A DNA stretch of 62,994 nt, filler included, from Octopus bimaculoides (taxonomy: Eukaryota): assembly GCF_001194135.2 (NCBI RefSeq). It is 6 parts of 6 records of this genome, joined end to end, with 100 filler letters (N's around TTAATTAATTAA, not from the genome) between each part and the next. Parts side by side here need not be neighbours in the genome. Positions count along the whole stretch, not along the records: positions 20,953 to 25,982 come from NC_068998.1; positions 26,083 to 30,558 come from NC_068993.1; positions 30,659 to 43,325 come from NC_069003.1; 3 more parts are not named here. One strand, given 5' to 3'. This document shows positions 25,088-36,437 of the stretch, piece after piece. The notes under the pieces were generated by a model. The model saw only the letters and a program-made list of their open reading frames with translations. It searched no databases and was not told the origin of the DNA. Within the stretch, counting starts at the first letter, position 1, and every line of letters begins with the position of its first letter. The position numbers were made by a program, and so were the translations under genes.

Positions 25088-25655
25088 AGGAGGAGGAAAA
25101 GGCGGGGAAATTTCCTCCGCCTCCTCTTCCTCCTCCTCCTCCTGTCCACAAGTGTCGTCTGTCGTACGGCCTGAAGTATTTCTAATGACAAAAGTAAGAG
25201 AAGGAGACGTTTGGGAGGGGACCGGCGTATATGACGGTTCTACGAGGACAACCTCCTCACGGAGAGAGGGAGAGAGAGAGAGAAAGAAAGAAAGAGAGAG
25301 AGGACATCCTCCAGTGACTAATCTTCATAGAACCAGCACGTGTCCTTAATTGTTGTTGATGTTACTGAGCACAAAACTATTCCTCGTGGCATGGGGTGAG
25401 GCTAAAAACCGATATGTCTCTCTAGCTGTCGGTATAAACAGAAAGGTTCTGCCTTCTCTTCCCTTGTAAACACTTCCCTATGCCGTAAGGGTATCCCCGC
25501 TATCGTCTCTTGACGATGTCTCATCAAGGGCAAGGTCGTTGCTTGTTTACAAACAAAACGGCATTTTCGAGGAAGGCTGATATCAATAGCTAAATACACA
25601 GATATTCCGCTGTTACTACTATAGTAAATCATAATAGATGACGTCATTAATTATA
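25088..25655. promoter_or_regulatory. Enhancer- or promoter-like motif cluster
   Basis: GGCGGGG, GGGAAATTTCC 25105-25115, CACGTG 25337-25342, forkhead cores at 25434, 25466, 25544 and 25549, ATGACGTCAT 25638-25647. Confidence 0.4.
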
Positions 25656-25767
25656 TAAACACAATTAAAAATAAATGGAAAACTAAAGATCGTGTTTGTG
25701 TTAATATATAGAAGACTGTGACTGTTTAATAGTATATGTGTGTGTGTGTGTGTGCGTGCGCGCGGAG

Positions 25768-25925
25768 ATGTGTGGCACAGTGGTTAGTGTGTTGCAAGTA
25801 TGATAACAAAAATTGTGGTTTCGTTTCCTAAACCGGGAGATGTGTTGTGTTCTTGGGTAAAACAATTCGTTTTAGGTGGCTCCAGTCTACTCAGCTGGCG
25901 AAAATGAGTAACCCCGTACAGACTG
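25768..25925 (+). mobile_element. SINE family C (tRNA head plus TGTGTTCTTGAGCAA..CTCCAGTCCACTCAGCTG domain)
   Basis: A-box TGGCACAGTGG and B-box-like GTTTCGTTTCC. Other copies at 33800-34090(-), 42186-42480(+), 49670-49895(-), 55538-55775(+), 58232-58430(+); head fragment at 20380-20432. Confidence 0.85.
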
Positions 25926-26745
25926 AGCCTTTGATCCTTTATAATACATACATGCATATATATATATACATATATATATATANNNNNNNNNNNNNNNNNN
26001 NNNNNNNNNNNNNNNNNNNNNNNNNNTTAATTAATTAANNNNNNNNNNNNNNNNNNNNNNNNNNNNNNNNNNNNNNNNNNNNATATATATCTTTACATAC
26101 ACACATATTTGCATGGCTATAAATGCATACATATATATATACACATACAGACTGACAGACAGACATATGTATGCATGTATGTATATAAAAATTTTAATGT
26201 ATATACGCATTAGCTATAACACTTGCAAATGGATAAGCAAAAACGTACACAAGCATAGATGCATATATGCGCACATATATACACACTCACACGCACGTAC
26301 ATACACACACTTGCGCACGTTTGTGCGTGAACATTAGTGTGAGAAAGAGTGTGTGTGTATGCGATGACTTGTGTATGTATGTATGTATGTGAGAGGGTGC
26401 GTGTTCGTATGTGTATCTGTGCGTACGCTTAAGCAATTACAAACCACTAATTGAGCCGTCAGTCTGGTGCGCCGCTGCGTCTCAATGTCTCATTAATGAG
26501 TTAATTATGTCTACATGTTTGCACATGTATGTGTGTGTGTGTGTGTGTGTTTGTGTGTTCGCGTGCGTGTAGCTTGTATGTTTGTTTAGATAAGTGTGTA
26601 TATCTAAACGCGTGTGAGTGTGTATGTGTGCGTGAGAATACATTTAATATATTGATAATTACATTTGCATATAATGAATGATATGTTCGTGTTTGTTTAT
26701 TAAGTAATCACACACTCATGCAGACACGTATACATACACAGAAAT

Positions 26746-26798
<53 letters not shown>

Positions 26799-26916
26799 TA
26801 CATACATACATACAAAGAGGCACATATACATTATAACAAGAATGTATATACGATAAGACATGGTAATTTGTATTATATTTTCTCTACCCGCTCTACACAC
26901 ACACACACACACAAGC

Positions 26917-27807
26917 ACTAGTTAAATGACCCGGCGTTGCCCGGATTACTGTTGTTCTTATTCAGATTAGTAAACAATAAATATAAAGATATATCCTCAT
27001 AATTATTTCAAAATATCTATATTTTATTAAAACAATATCCAAATTGTAATGATAACAGAATTTTTCTAACTGAAAGATCTGTCAATGTTGAAGCACCTCG
27101 GGACGGTTTGGACGGTTTGTATAGGTGAAGAGGGTTAACTTGGACGCTGTTAAGTTGTGGAGATTTTTAAGACATTAAAGGTTCCTGAGACGTTAAAACT
27201 GTTCTTCTAAATAAGGAAAATTGATTGATAGTGAATCTTAACACAGTGAACATTTTCAAAATTGTCATGAGGTCAATAAAATGAAGGAAAGCTGTTCATC
27301 CCACAATATATACAACTTCCAGTGGAATCAGGCATCATAATTAACCTTAAACTTTTCCCACTCAAACACTTTCACATTAGGATAAGCACAATGTACTCTT
27401 CCACAGTACATACCTCATGTTGACACCTATACATGAGACTGAACGCTGTTTTACCTCTTAAGTGAATATTGCAAGTGATATTTAAACAATTAACAGTTCT
27501 TTGGCTTTTGCATTTGACGACTGTTGCTTTAAGTATTTTATTTCGATCTTCACTGACGTAGTGGTAAGAACAACGTGATATGTAACAGTAGTTTCGAATA
27601 TAAAGAAAAATGGAAGTTTTAATCATCCGATGGACAGGCCATAAGGATTACAAAAATAGCGATTCTCGCTTTGAAACTGACAATTTTGAAAATCCTTTTA
27701 GATTACGGAACACCCTGCTCTCTCATGTATCCATGTTTAAATTTTCAGCGCGATCGGATGAACAATACTCGAGTTATAAGCGTACAAACAACAGACAGAA
27801 CGGGATT
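26917..27807 (+). mobile_element. Non-autonomous Helitron-like element (Lep1/HINE-type architecture)
   Basis: 5' ACTAG..GACCCGGCGTTGCCCGG and 3' AAATTTTCAGCGCGATCGGATG..TTATAAGCGTACAAACAACAGACAG running into a microsatellite or gap. Resembles invertebrate Helitron-derived repeats (from recall). Confidence 0.6.
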
Positions 27808-28314
27808 NNNNNNNNNNNNNNNNNNNNNNNNNNNNNNNNNNNNNNNNNNNNNNNNNNNNNNNNNNNNNNNNNNNNNNNNNNNNNNNNNNNNNNNNNNNNN
27901 NNNNNNNNNNNNNNNNNNNNNNNNNNNNNNNNNNNNNNNNNNNNNNNNNNNNNNNNNNNNNNNNNNNNNNNNNNNNNNNNNNNNNNNNNNNNNNNNNNNN
28001 NNNNNNNNNNNNNNNNNNNNNNNNNNNNNNNNNNNNNNNNNNNNNNNNNNNNNNNNNNNNNNNNNNNNNNNNNNNNNNNNNNNNNNNNNNNNNNNNNNNN
28101 NNNNNNNNNNNNNNNNNNNNNNNNNNNNNNNNNNNNNNNNNNNNNNNNNNNNNNNNNNNNNNNNNNNNNNNNNNNNNNNNNNNNNNNNNNNNNNNNNNNN
28201 NNNNNNNNTATATACATACAGACATTTTTATGCACACACATGTATATATAATTAAATACAACCCCTGATACATGCGTGCAGATGTACAAAATTACAAACA
28301 AAAGAACAGTGTTG

Positions 28315-28347
<33 letters not shown>

Positions 28348-28739
28348 CATACATACATACATACATACATACATGGTTCAAGCTGTTGTTGTCGTCCTTC
28401 TTAGCTGTTTAATTTTCGGCTGCACACCTTACAAAAAATATATAAAATAAAATCAGGTAAAAAAAAAACAATATGATACAAATAACAAAAATCACGCACA
28501 CAAACCCAAAGACAAGTAGATTGCCATACACCCGTACATACACACATGCAAATTCAAACGAACATCCACAAAATAACACACACATACTTAAACACCAGCA
28601 CAAATATACATAGATCCTCTGTCTTTCGTCTGCCAGTGATTATCCAGTCACTGTAAAACAAGCAAAATCCCGGAACGAATTAAGAATGAAAGTTTTATGT
28701 CATTGTTGAAATATTTGTGGATTTGACATAAAAACATTC

Positions 28740-28980
<241 letters not shown>

Positions 28981-29730
28981 TCGTTTCCGTAACTTAGCAG
29001 TTCGCCCTCAGGTAGCAACAGAACNNNNNNNNNNNNNNNNNNNNNNNNNNNNNNNNNNNNNNNNNNNNNNNNNNNNNNNNNNNNNNNNNNNNNNNNNNNN
29101 NNNNNNNNNNNNNNNNNNNNNNNNNNNNNNNNNNNNNNNNNNNNNNNNNNNNNNNNNNNNNNNNNNNNNNNNNNNNNNNNNNNNNNNNNNNNNNNNNNNN
29201 NNNNNNNNNNNNNNNNNNNNNNNNNNNNNNNNNNNNNNNNNNNNNNNNNNNNNNNNNNNNNNNNNNNNNNNNNNNNNNNNNNNNNNNNNNNNNNNNNNNN
29301 NNNNNNNNNNNNNNNNNNNNNNNNNNNNNNNNNNNNNNNNNNNNNNNNNNNNNNNNNNNNNNNNNNNNNNNNNNNNNNNNNNNNNNNNNNNNNNNNNNNN
29401 NNNNNNNNNNNNNNNNNNNNNNNNNNNNNNNNNNNNNNNNNNNNNNNNNNNNNNNNNNNNNNNNNNNNNNNNNNNNNNNNNNNNNNNNNNNNNNNNNNNN
29501 NNNNNNNNNNNNNNNNNNNNNNNNNNNNNNNNNNNNNNNNNNNNNNNNNNNNNNNNNNNNNNNNNNNNNNNNNNNNNNNNNNNNNNNNNNNNNNNNNNNN
29601 NNNNNNNNNNNNNNNNNNNNNNNNNNNNNNNNNNNNNNNNNNNNNNNNNNNNNNNNNNNNNNNNNNNNNNNNNNNNNNNNNNNNNNNNNNNNNNNNNNNN
29701 NNNNNNNNNNNNNNNNNNNNNNNNNNNNNN

Positions 29731-29766
<36 letters not shown>

Positions 29767-30154
29767 CAAAATATAAGAGCAAAAAGACATCACCATCAAG
29801 CAGCATATATATATATCACATTATACATACACACACACATACACACACATATATACATACACACACATACATACACACACACACACACATACACACTCAC
29901 ATACACACACACACATATATACACACACACACATACATACATACATACATATGCGTAAATGTACGTATATACATGCATGCATACGCGGACATATGTACAT
30001 ACACACATATATTGACACGGACATACAGACACATACAGACATATTTATATATATATATGTGTGTGTGTGTATATATACATATATATATATATATACATAT
30101 ACATGCATGTATGTATGTCTATATCTTTATGTGCTTGTACGTATGTATGCGTGT

Positions 30155-30187
<33 letters not shown>

Positions 30188-30526
30188 TGTGTGCGTATGT
30201 ACATATTGATGAGTTCTTCGCACCTATGCATGAAGTGAAGTAAGGAATATAATACATAGCATGACATCGATAAACATTATGATGATTTCAAACTAAAGCT
30301 AAATAAATAAATAAAAAAAATGAAGCAAAAAACCATCCAAACAACCAGAATAACAACAAAAAGCAACAAATAAAAGCATATCAAAATGGTGGACTTCAAC
30401 AAAATTTACAGCAATGTCTGCTTCAAGAATATTCTGTCTAAAAGCTTTGCATTTACCGTAAACTTTTCTGTAGCATCTATTTTCGGTGTTTGTGCTGTTA
30501 AATAAAGCCTGGTTTTAATGGTGGTA

Positions 30527-30558
<32 letters not shown>

Positions 30559-30657
30559 NNNNNNNNNNNNNNNNNNNNNNNNNNNNNNNNNNNNNNNNNN
30601 NNTTAATTAATTAANNNNNNNNNNNNNNNNNNNNNNNNNNNNNNNNNNNNNNNNNNN

Positions 30658-30692
30658 NGGGGTCCTTAGGCAAAAATGGTTGAGAACCACTG
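30658..30692 (+). mobile_element. Right end of a hAT-type MITE
   Basis: AAAAATGGTTGAGAACCACTG terminus, similar to 38670-38689. Confidence 0.6.
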
Positions 30693-30705
30693 ATCTAACG
30701 TGTTC

Positions 30706-31140
30706 TCAAGGCGGCGAGCTGGCAGAACCTTTAGCGTGCCGGACAAAATGCATAGTGATATTTCGTCTGTCTTTAGAATCTTTTCAATCTGACCGACAGA
30801 TTTTTTAATAATTTTTTTTTAACTAAACACTTTGAAACTTTAGACACTGAACTTAAACACGAAATTACTTCTAAAATACAAAATTTTGTCCAAAACCTTA
30901 ACAGTAAACTCTGTTCTATGTGACACATTCTACCAGTATCCGAAGTTTCAAAGTGTTTAGTTAAGAAAAAAATTAATTAAAAAAATCTGTCGCTCAGATT
31001 GAAAAGATCCTGTCTTTACAGTCTAAGTTCAAATTCCGCTGTGGTCGATCTTTCGGGGTCGATAAAATAAGTGCCAGTCAAGCACTGGGATCGATCACTT
31101 CCCCCTCCTTTCAAAAACTGTGGCCGTTTGCCAGAATTTG
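30706..31140 (+). mobile_element. SINE family A split by MITE F
   Basis: Head 30706-30775; the body resumes at 31011. Confidence 0.9.
30776..31010. mobile_element. MITE family F (235 bp, ~65-bp TIRs, 8-bp TSD; Merlin-like GG terminus)
   Basis: G[A/G]ATCTTTTCAATCTGA..TCAGATTGAAAAGATCC; TSD TGTCTTTA at 30768-30775 and 31011-31018. Confidence 0.9.
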
Positions 31141-31194
31141 TAACTTTTATCTAATATGTCCTGTGTGTTCTTTTTTTAAAATGGTAGTGTCAAA

Positions 31195-31461
31195 TTTGAG
31201 GGTGACACTGCTGCTACTTTCAAGCACGTCATGAGAAAACTGAAGATCTTAAAAGTCATCCTCGTTACCGTTCGTTGCAATAGCTATCCCCAACCCATCA
31301 CTGATCGCACAGATCGGTCAAAGCTGTCCCATCTATGACTATTGCGCTTTTTTTGTCTCTTGAAGAAAATATTCCTCATGTAGTAGGGTGTGGTTTGAGG
31401 AACTATTGATTGACTGCTATTTCTAGCAATCCTAGCGCCCACCTAATAGAATCCTCTTTTG
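31195..31461 (+). repeat. Two copies of short repeat family D
   Basis: TTTGAGG..CTGCTA(C)TTT(C)..AGCA..CCTC cores at about 31195 and 31388. Confidence 0.6.
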
Positions 31462-31916
31462 TAGGTAGACTTTAACGTTTGCTTATAAAATATGAAAAGT
31501 TGTAAGAATGATGGTGGTTGACTGTCAGTTAAGATATCTAGAAAAATCTCTTCTACGAGCGAAGGAAAACGAGTGACAGCCAGCAATGTGCATGGGTGGG
31601 TTAAGAGTAAATATGGGTTAATTAAAAATGAAATCACTATATATACTGTCTTAATGGGATAGGGGGAAATTAAACCCCCACGACAGGAACAATCAAAACT
31701 ACTCTGATGCTATATCAACAATGAGATTGAAAACAAGAAACCAAGTCTCTCTCAAATTATACGTTACGGTCTTTAAAAAGAGGATGAAAGTTCGAGAAAT
31801 ACTGTCTAGAAGAAAAAGAAAGAAAAAGACGATATAATCGTTGCTGGGATGTCTTTAATCATAATATTCTGCAAGGACCTAGGATTAAACGATTACATCC
31901 ACACCAACAATATAAC

Positions 31917-32085
31917 AATGTGTCGGACAAAAGGCCACTCAGCATTTCGTCCGGTTCAGACGTTCTGAGTTCAAATTCCTGAGATTGACTGTCTTTCTTC
32001 CTTTCTGGGTCGAGAAAATAAGTTACCAGTTAAGCACTGGGATCGATATATTTAACTAGATCCCTTAATATTTCAGGCCTCGTAT
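31917..32085 (+). mobile_element. SINE family A (diverged)
   Basis: GCATTTCGTCCG..CGTTCTGAGTTCAAATTCC..GCACTGGGATCGAT. Confidence 0.85.
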
Positions 32086-32619
32086 CAATTGAAGAGACTT
32101 ATTATTTCGATCAATGTCTGTTTGAGATAACACTAAATAGCGCAAAATCCTAACTTTTAATCGATTAAAAGAAATATTTTATATGGACAAGCATGTTTTC
32201 TATAACTATAACGGCGATGACATACACATTACAAAAGAAATTACCAGCAAACGAGGATGTGTTTACACCACTGATACCCTACCTGGGTTATCTTAAACTC
32301 CTAGGGTGCGAGATGGCTGGTTAGAGGGTACGTGCGACAAAGATACTTTACAAAAATCTCATTTCGGAATAAGATTATTGACTAATTTTTTAAAATAACT
32401 TTATTAAGCACACTAAGAACTTAATTATTCCCGTTAAATGTACTATCTGTGGTTCAGTTTAAATATTAAAAAAAAATATTGTTAGAAGATTTACATTTTT
32501 ATCTTTAAATGTGATGTTCCCATTGTCGGGAGTGGGTGGTGAAAATATACCAAACATTTCCAAGGGATAAGAGGCAAAGAAAAAAGTTGAGAAAAAGTTT
32601 GTTTTACATTGCAGCTCGG

Positions 32620-32890
32620 CATGTTAGAAATAGCAGTCAAAATCCCCCTAGCTTATATACCACTATCACGTGTCAACGAAGGGTCTCTATGCGGTGGTTC
32701 GACACACGAGAAATAACAGTTAAACATTCTTCATATCCCACCCTATCGAAAGTTTCTATGTATATTACCTCTTCATGCTAAAAATAGCAGCTAAAACGCC
32801 CTCATGTCACGCTACCATCTCAAGTCAATGAAGAAGCCTTGGCATAATATCTTGACATTCTAGAAATAGCAGCGCACTCCTTAAATGAAA
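32620..32890 (-). repeat. Four tandem ~80-bp family D units with MEF2-like cores
   Basis: TTAGAAATAGCAG 32624, CGAGAAATAACAG 32707, CTAAAAATAGCAG 32778, CTAGAAATAGCAG 32860. Confidence 0.7.
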
Positions 32891-33799
32891 ATACTCGACG
32901 ATGTAGTCCCTGATGTCCAAAAAGAAACGGTATGGTCACGACTGAAATGCCTTCCCTCGGAGGTCTGTCTGTTCGAAAAGAACCGAACTCAGAAGGACAA
33001 CTTCACAAAAATACGAACCAAATGTGGGAGCCTTTACGTAGTTGTTCGGCCTGCTAAACTTGCAGCTAAATCTCACTCTAATCACACTATACCGTTTCAG
33101 AAATAAGAACACAATATGTACACTGTGCTTAATTGAAAAAAGTGTTATTTCTCGGCTTTCTTCAATCTAGATGTCATTTGTCGCTACACTACATTCATCG
33201 GAACTTAGATCTTCACTCTGCGTTTGTGAAGTTGTAATCCCTTTGAGACACAACACAGAGGATTTGCAGGCTAATCCCTCTCTGTAGAGCTTACATGTTT
33301 GGCATAACAGTGATCAGTAGGCAGAAAGCCATCGGGTTCGCTGTGGAGGATCAGGAGGTGCGAGAACTCGAAAGGGGCAGTGCTAACTGGACACAAGCTA
33401 GGGTTTAATCAACCGTGGACGAGTTGTTTTGGTGAGGGTATCTGATTGTTTGAAAGACCCCAAAACACCGAATGACCACAGGACTGATGATGTACCTGGT
33501 GCATCACAAGACGATGTATGGAAAATCTTTCCCTTGAATGAGTGCAGCTGAGTGGATTTAGTTTTAAACTATTATAATTAATGGCGAAGAAGGAAAAATT
33601 AAGTCGATTTAAAAAAAAAAAGAGTAACTTGTTCCAATGGAATGTCAAAATCATCGGAGCAATGTTTATTCCAGCGTTCTGAGTTCAAATCCTGCCAATT
33701 ATGCTTAGCAAAATTCTGTTGATCTAAGAAGTATAAATTATTAAGTCATGTCAAACTATTCGGTGGGCTTTCAGAATAAGCTGCACTCCAACTGTTATG

Positions 33800-34090
33800 T
33801 CTACGAGTGCTCTAGGTGTTCCGATCAACGAAATAGCCTGCTCGCGAAATTAACGTGCAAGTGGCTGAGCACTCCACAGACGTGCGTACCTTTAACGTAG
33901 TTCTCAGGGAGATTCAGTGTGACACAAAATGAGAAAAGGTTGACCTTTTTGAATTACAAGTACCACTAATTTTTGCAAGCTGAATGGACAGGAGCAGCGC
34001 GAAATAACGTGCCATGCTCAAGAACACAACGTGCCGCCGGAAATCGAACTCACGACCTTATGACTGTGAGCCGAATACCCTAACCACTAA
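33800..34090 (-). mobile_element. SINE family C, long-tail variant
   Basis: Shares head, central domain and tail with 42186-42480. Confidence 0.9.
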
Positions 34091-34096
34091 CCTTCT

Positions 34097-34322
34097 GAAT
34101 AGCCATCACTACCCATAGGGTAAAAAATGGCAAAAACGAATTGGATGGGTTCCCTCCACCCACCGAACTTCATTTTGTAGTATTTAGGATCATAAAACAA
34201 GAATTGCGATTCATAAAAAAAAAATTTTTGCTAAATATTTTAATTTTTTAAAAATATTTTACCAACTTCCGTTCCATATTTCGTGCCATTTCCCAGTCCA
34301 TATGGGAGAGTGATAGCTATTC
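34097..34322. mobile_element. ~225-bp MITE with ~23-bp TIRs, adjoining the SINE C head
   Basis: GAATAGCCATCACTACCCATAGG versus CCATATGGGAGAGTGATAGCTATTC. No clear TSD. Confidence 0.7.
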
Positions 34323-34829
34323 CAAAAATCCACCAAAAGATTCTCAAATAACAAGAGTACGCCTGTTCATAAGGCACTGAAACCAACTTCCTGAAGTCAC
34401 TGACAAAAGTAAATACGGCGCTACATTCAAATAACATATAGTCGCCATTAATATATTTATTTGGTTTTCAAATGTCAAGGCGTATTATTAATATTTTTAG
34501 TTTTACTTATACTGAAAATATCTATAGAGATTGTTAGATTCCTCAAAGAAATAGATACGATATACTATATGACATATTGTAAATTAACCAGGCTGCAAAC
34601 ATTAGAAAAATTGATGTCATAAGAATTCTAAATGTTACGTCGACACTAAGATTTGTTTGTCATTTGAGGGCTTTCCCCCTATTTTTTGTATCGCTTTAAT
34701 ACATTTCTCCTTCAATTTCATTTAATGTTACAAGACTTTCGTTTTATCATTTTGTACTGGAAGTCGAGGACGACCTAGTTACGAATGTATTGGGCAAGAT
34801 TAACTATTACTAATCGTTTTTTAACATCG

Positions 34830-34992
34830 TACAAGGTTAGAATTTTGGATGTGGGAGATTAATCGATTAAATCAGCTTCAGTACATCATCTTATTGGCCC
34901 TGGTAGGGATGAAAAGCAAACGTTTACTTCGAAGGGAACTGAACTCGGAACGTTAAACGTTCAAGCAAATACTGCTAAGCATTTTGTCTGAC
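34830..34992 (-). mobile_element. SINE family A (diverged)
   Basis: GGATGAAAAGCAAA..GAACTCGGAACGT..AAATACTGCTAAGCATTTTGTC. Confidence 0.8.
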
Positions 34993-36139
34993 GTTTTCAA
35001 CCAATTCACTCATTGTAAGAGATCTTTTTGCATCGTTTAATGTTGATCATCTAAACCCCTTCTTAATTCGAGCCTAAATTGTAAAATATTTCCCCAGCTA
35101 TTTCTTTACATTCTGAGTTCAATACTCATTAGTGTCAGCTTTGCCTTTTCATCCTTTCAGAAGCTGATAGCCAATCGAAAGCAGACACGAGTAGCACAAC
35201 GCTGATTAGCATGTCCTACTCAATTTCGTTGGACGGATCAAACTTCAGCTCAATTTCTTTTGCTACAAACATTTCTTTTTTATGCCGAGATATAGAAATA
35301 TAAGGTTAGTTTTTTTTTTTTTTTAATTCTTTTATTTTAAGTTTGCATATTAATGACATTTCAAAAACACTTAAAAGTCTATTTCACATTTTTTTTTTAT
35401 ATATATGAATTATTTAATATTAATTAATGGTAATGGTTCCTAATGTAGGTACAAGAACAGAAATTTAGAGGCTGGGGTTGCAGTAGAGTAAATTAGAGAC
35501 AGGTGNNNNNNNNNNNNNNNNNNNNNNNNNNNNNNNNNNNNNNNNNNNNNNNNNNNNNNNNNNNNNNNNNNNNNNNNNNNNNNNNNNNNNNNNNNNNNNN
35601 NNNNNNNNNNNNNNNNNNNNNNNNNNNNNNNNNNNNNNNNNNNNNNNNNNNNNNNNNNNNNNNNNNNNNNNNNNNNNNNNNNNNNNNNNNNNNNNNNNNN
35701 NNNNNNNNNNNNNNNNNNNNNNNNNNNNNNNNNNNNNNNNNNNNNNNNNNNNNNNNNNNNNNNNNNNNNNNNNNNNNNNNNNNNNNNNNNNNNNNNNNNN
35801 NNNNNNNNNNNNNNNNNNNNNNNNNNNNNNNNNNNNNNNNNNNNNNNNNNNNNNNNNNNNNNNNNNNNNNNNNNNNNNNNNNNNNNNNNNNNNNNNNNNN
35901 NNNNNNNNNNNNNNNNNNNNNNNNNNNNNNNNNNNNNNNNNNNNNNNNNNNNNNNNNNNNNNNNNNNNNNNNNNNNNNNNNNNNNGCGTAATTTATTATA
36001 TAAACAATATATGCGTATAAATTACGATTAAACCGGATGAAATATGTCACAGGGAATAACATTTTTATGACCGCCCAGCAGTAACTCTATTGAGCTGAAT
36101 AGACGTCAGTGATTAGTTGAAATGACAGAAATACAACTT

Positions 36140-36437
36140 TAACATGGAATAACTTGCGAATTCCAAAGAGTAAAAGATGTTTTATATGACACATTCTGGT
36201 ACTACTAAAGCAGCGCGGATCCGAACGCGCAGTCGCGCGTGGTCGATCCTAACCCTAACCACGTATTCATTTGCACACGCGGGTTAGGGTTAGGGACAGG
36301 GTTAGGGTTAGGATCGACCACTCAAGACTAGCTAGCGCGGACGCGCTGCTTTAGTAGTACCACACATTCTACCAGTGTCCCAAGTTTCAAAGTGTTTCGT
36401 TAAGAAAATACTGGCGCCCCCGTTTTAAAATAGATCC
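36140..36437 (+). mobile_element. Family F-related host element interrupted by the telomeric MITE
   Basis: Removing the insert restores GACACATTCT-ACCAGT[G]TCC[C]AAGTTTCAAAGTGTTT, matching 30923-30958; ends GATCC at 36437. Confidence 0.75.
36198..36361. mobile_element. 164-bp Merlin-like MITE with internal telomeric repeats
   Basis: Perfect 20-bp TIR GGTACTACTAAAGCAGCGCG; 9-bp TSD ACACATTCT (36189-36197 and 36362-36370); inner 22-bp inverted repeat containing CCTAACCCTAACC/GGTTAGGGTTAGG. Confidence 0.92.
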
